Assembly: GCA_038087875.1 (NCBI GenBank)
Contig: CM075990.1
Coordinates: forward strand, 11,224,001 to 11,288,000
Direction of reading: 5' to 3'
DNA length: 64,000 nt
Origin: Malacoraja senta
Lineage: Eukaryota
The notes under the pieces are model-generated. The model ran no database searches and was not told where the DNA came from. It worked only from the letters and a program-made list of their open reading frames with translations. Of this stretch, positions 62,948 to 64,000 are shown piece after piece (within the stretch, counting starts at the first letter, position 1; the number at the start of each line of letters is the position of its first letter). A program made the position numbers and the translations under genes.

Positions 62948-64000
62948 AACATATAAAAATCTAAAGATTAAATAGTAATTTAATTTAACTTTTTTTATTG
63001 TAAATTTACCATGATATTGTACCACGTGTTGTAAGAATGAGGAAACTGAGTTCACATTCAGTTAAATCAAGGTTTGTCCTTTATGGTAATCTCAGTTTTT
63101 CACCTTGCGTTCGAGCCCCTTGATTCTTGTTCTGACAAAGTACATCACTCACGGTTCTGCACTGTGGGGTTAAGATATTTTTCAGCTGTGCCGTGCTTCC
63201 TAATACCAGCCCCGAACATCTCTGCCTGATTATAAAAGTGCGTGCCCAATCCCGTCTCTGCCCATCAGTGGAAATATTCCTCTCCACTCCGGCAATCCAT
63301 TTAATCATCTTAAACATCTGAAATTGAGAACCTCTTAATCTTCTGGCCTGGGGGATACAAGATGTCTCCGCAACCTCCCCTTCCTAATTTACCATACCAT
63401 TCTTTAGGTGGCTGCTTGCTGCCCTCTCCAAGGTCAGTCTGCCTTACCTACCTCAGGTCCTGTGGCATATGACTGAGTTGCATATTTCCAAGGGGGTTTG
63501 ACCAGACTCTTATATAAACCGAAACAAATCCCTTGTGTTTCCTGAGCCTCCTTCAGTTAAAGGACAACATCCAATTATCCTTTATTTTTCCCCCCGACAC
63601 AATAATGCATTTTAATGATTTAACCCATTTAGCACACTGCATTTGTAACCAAATGGGAAAAGAGAAATTATCAAATTGCTTTTTAAAATACCCTTGGCAG
63701 CCAGCAAGAATTCCATTCTGCCCCTGGCTCTGCTCAGTTGTAACGCTGTGTTTTTTCCCCTCTTTTCCCTCAATGGTCTCTCGTTGGGATGTTATTGGAA
63801 ATATCTCCTTGAGTGAACAAGGAGCCATTATCAATACACTTTTTCTCCGTGAAACTAAAGATTGAAGCTTTGCTCAATTTTTGCGTTGCTGATTGCTATA
63901 TCAGGACTGAATCCAATAAATTAGCTTTTTTTCACAGTCTCGAGCAGCAGCAGTGCTGGATCCTATCCTATTAAACGCTGCTGTCAGCATTGCCAGCTGA

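Overview
Repeat-rich vertebrate DNA, apparently intronic or intergenic. The repeat set (HE1-like tRNA-derived V-SINEs, CR1/HER1-type LINEs, Deu-domain SINE relics, Penelope-like elements) points to a cartilaginous fish, probably a skate or ray; this is an inference from repeat content. No recognisable host protein-coding gene, rRNA, true tRNA or CRISPR array was found. The protein-like ORFs are fragments of CR1 RT, Penelope RT/GIY-YIG, Rex1/Babar and Gypsy pol. A 200-N assembly gap lies at 5031-5230. The most notable signal is a very abundant (roughly 30 or more copies by eye) 90-250 nt Penelope-derived mini-element carrying a minimal hammerhead ribozyme core (CUGAnGA-stem II-GAAAC-GUC/GUU). 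It inserts on its own with 11-14 bp target-site duplications (TSDs), singly or as fold-back palindromes, and matches the 3' end of a GIY-YIG Penelope element at 40308-41215. Also present: a family of PIF/Harbinger-like MITEs sharing one terminal inverted repeat (TIR), a solo LTR, a Gypsy relic with a polypurine tract (PPT), unclassified GC-rich retroposons and a few unassigned exon/enhancer candidates. Repeat boundaries are approximate unless fixed by TSDs or TIRs, and family names come from remembered motifs, not database searches.
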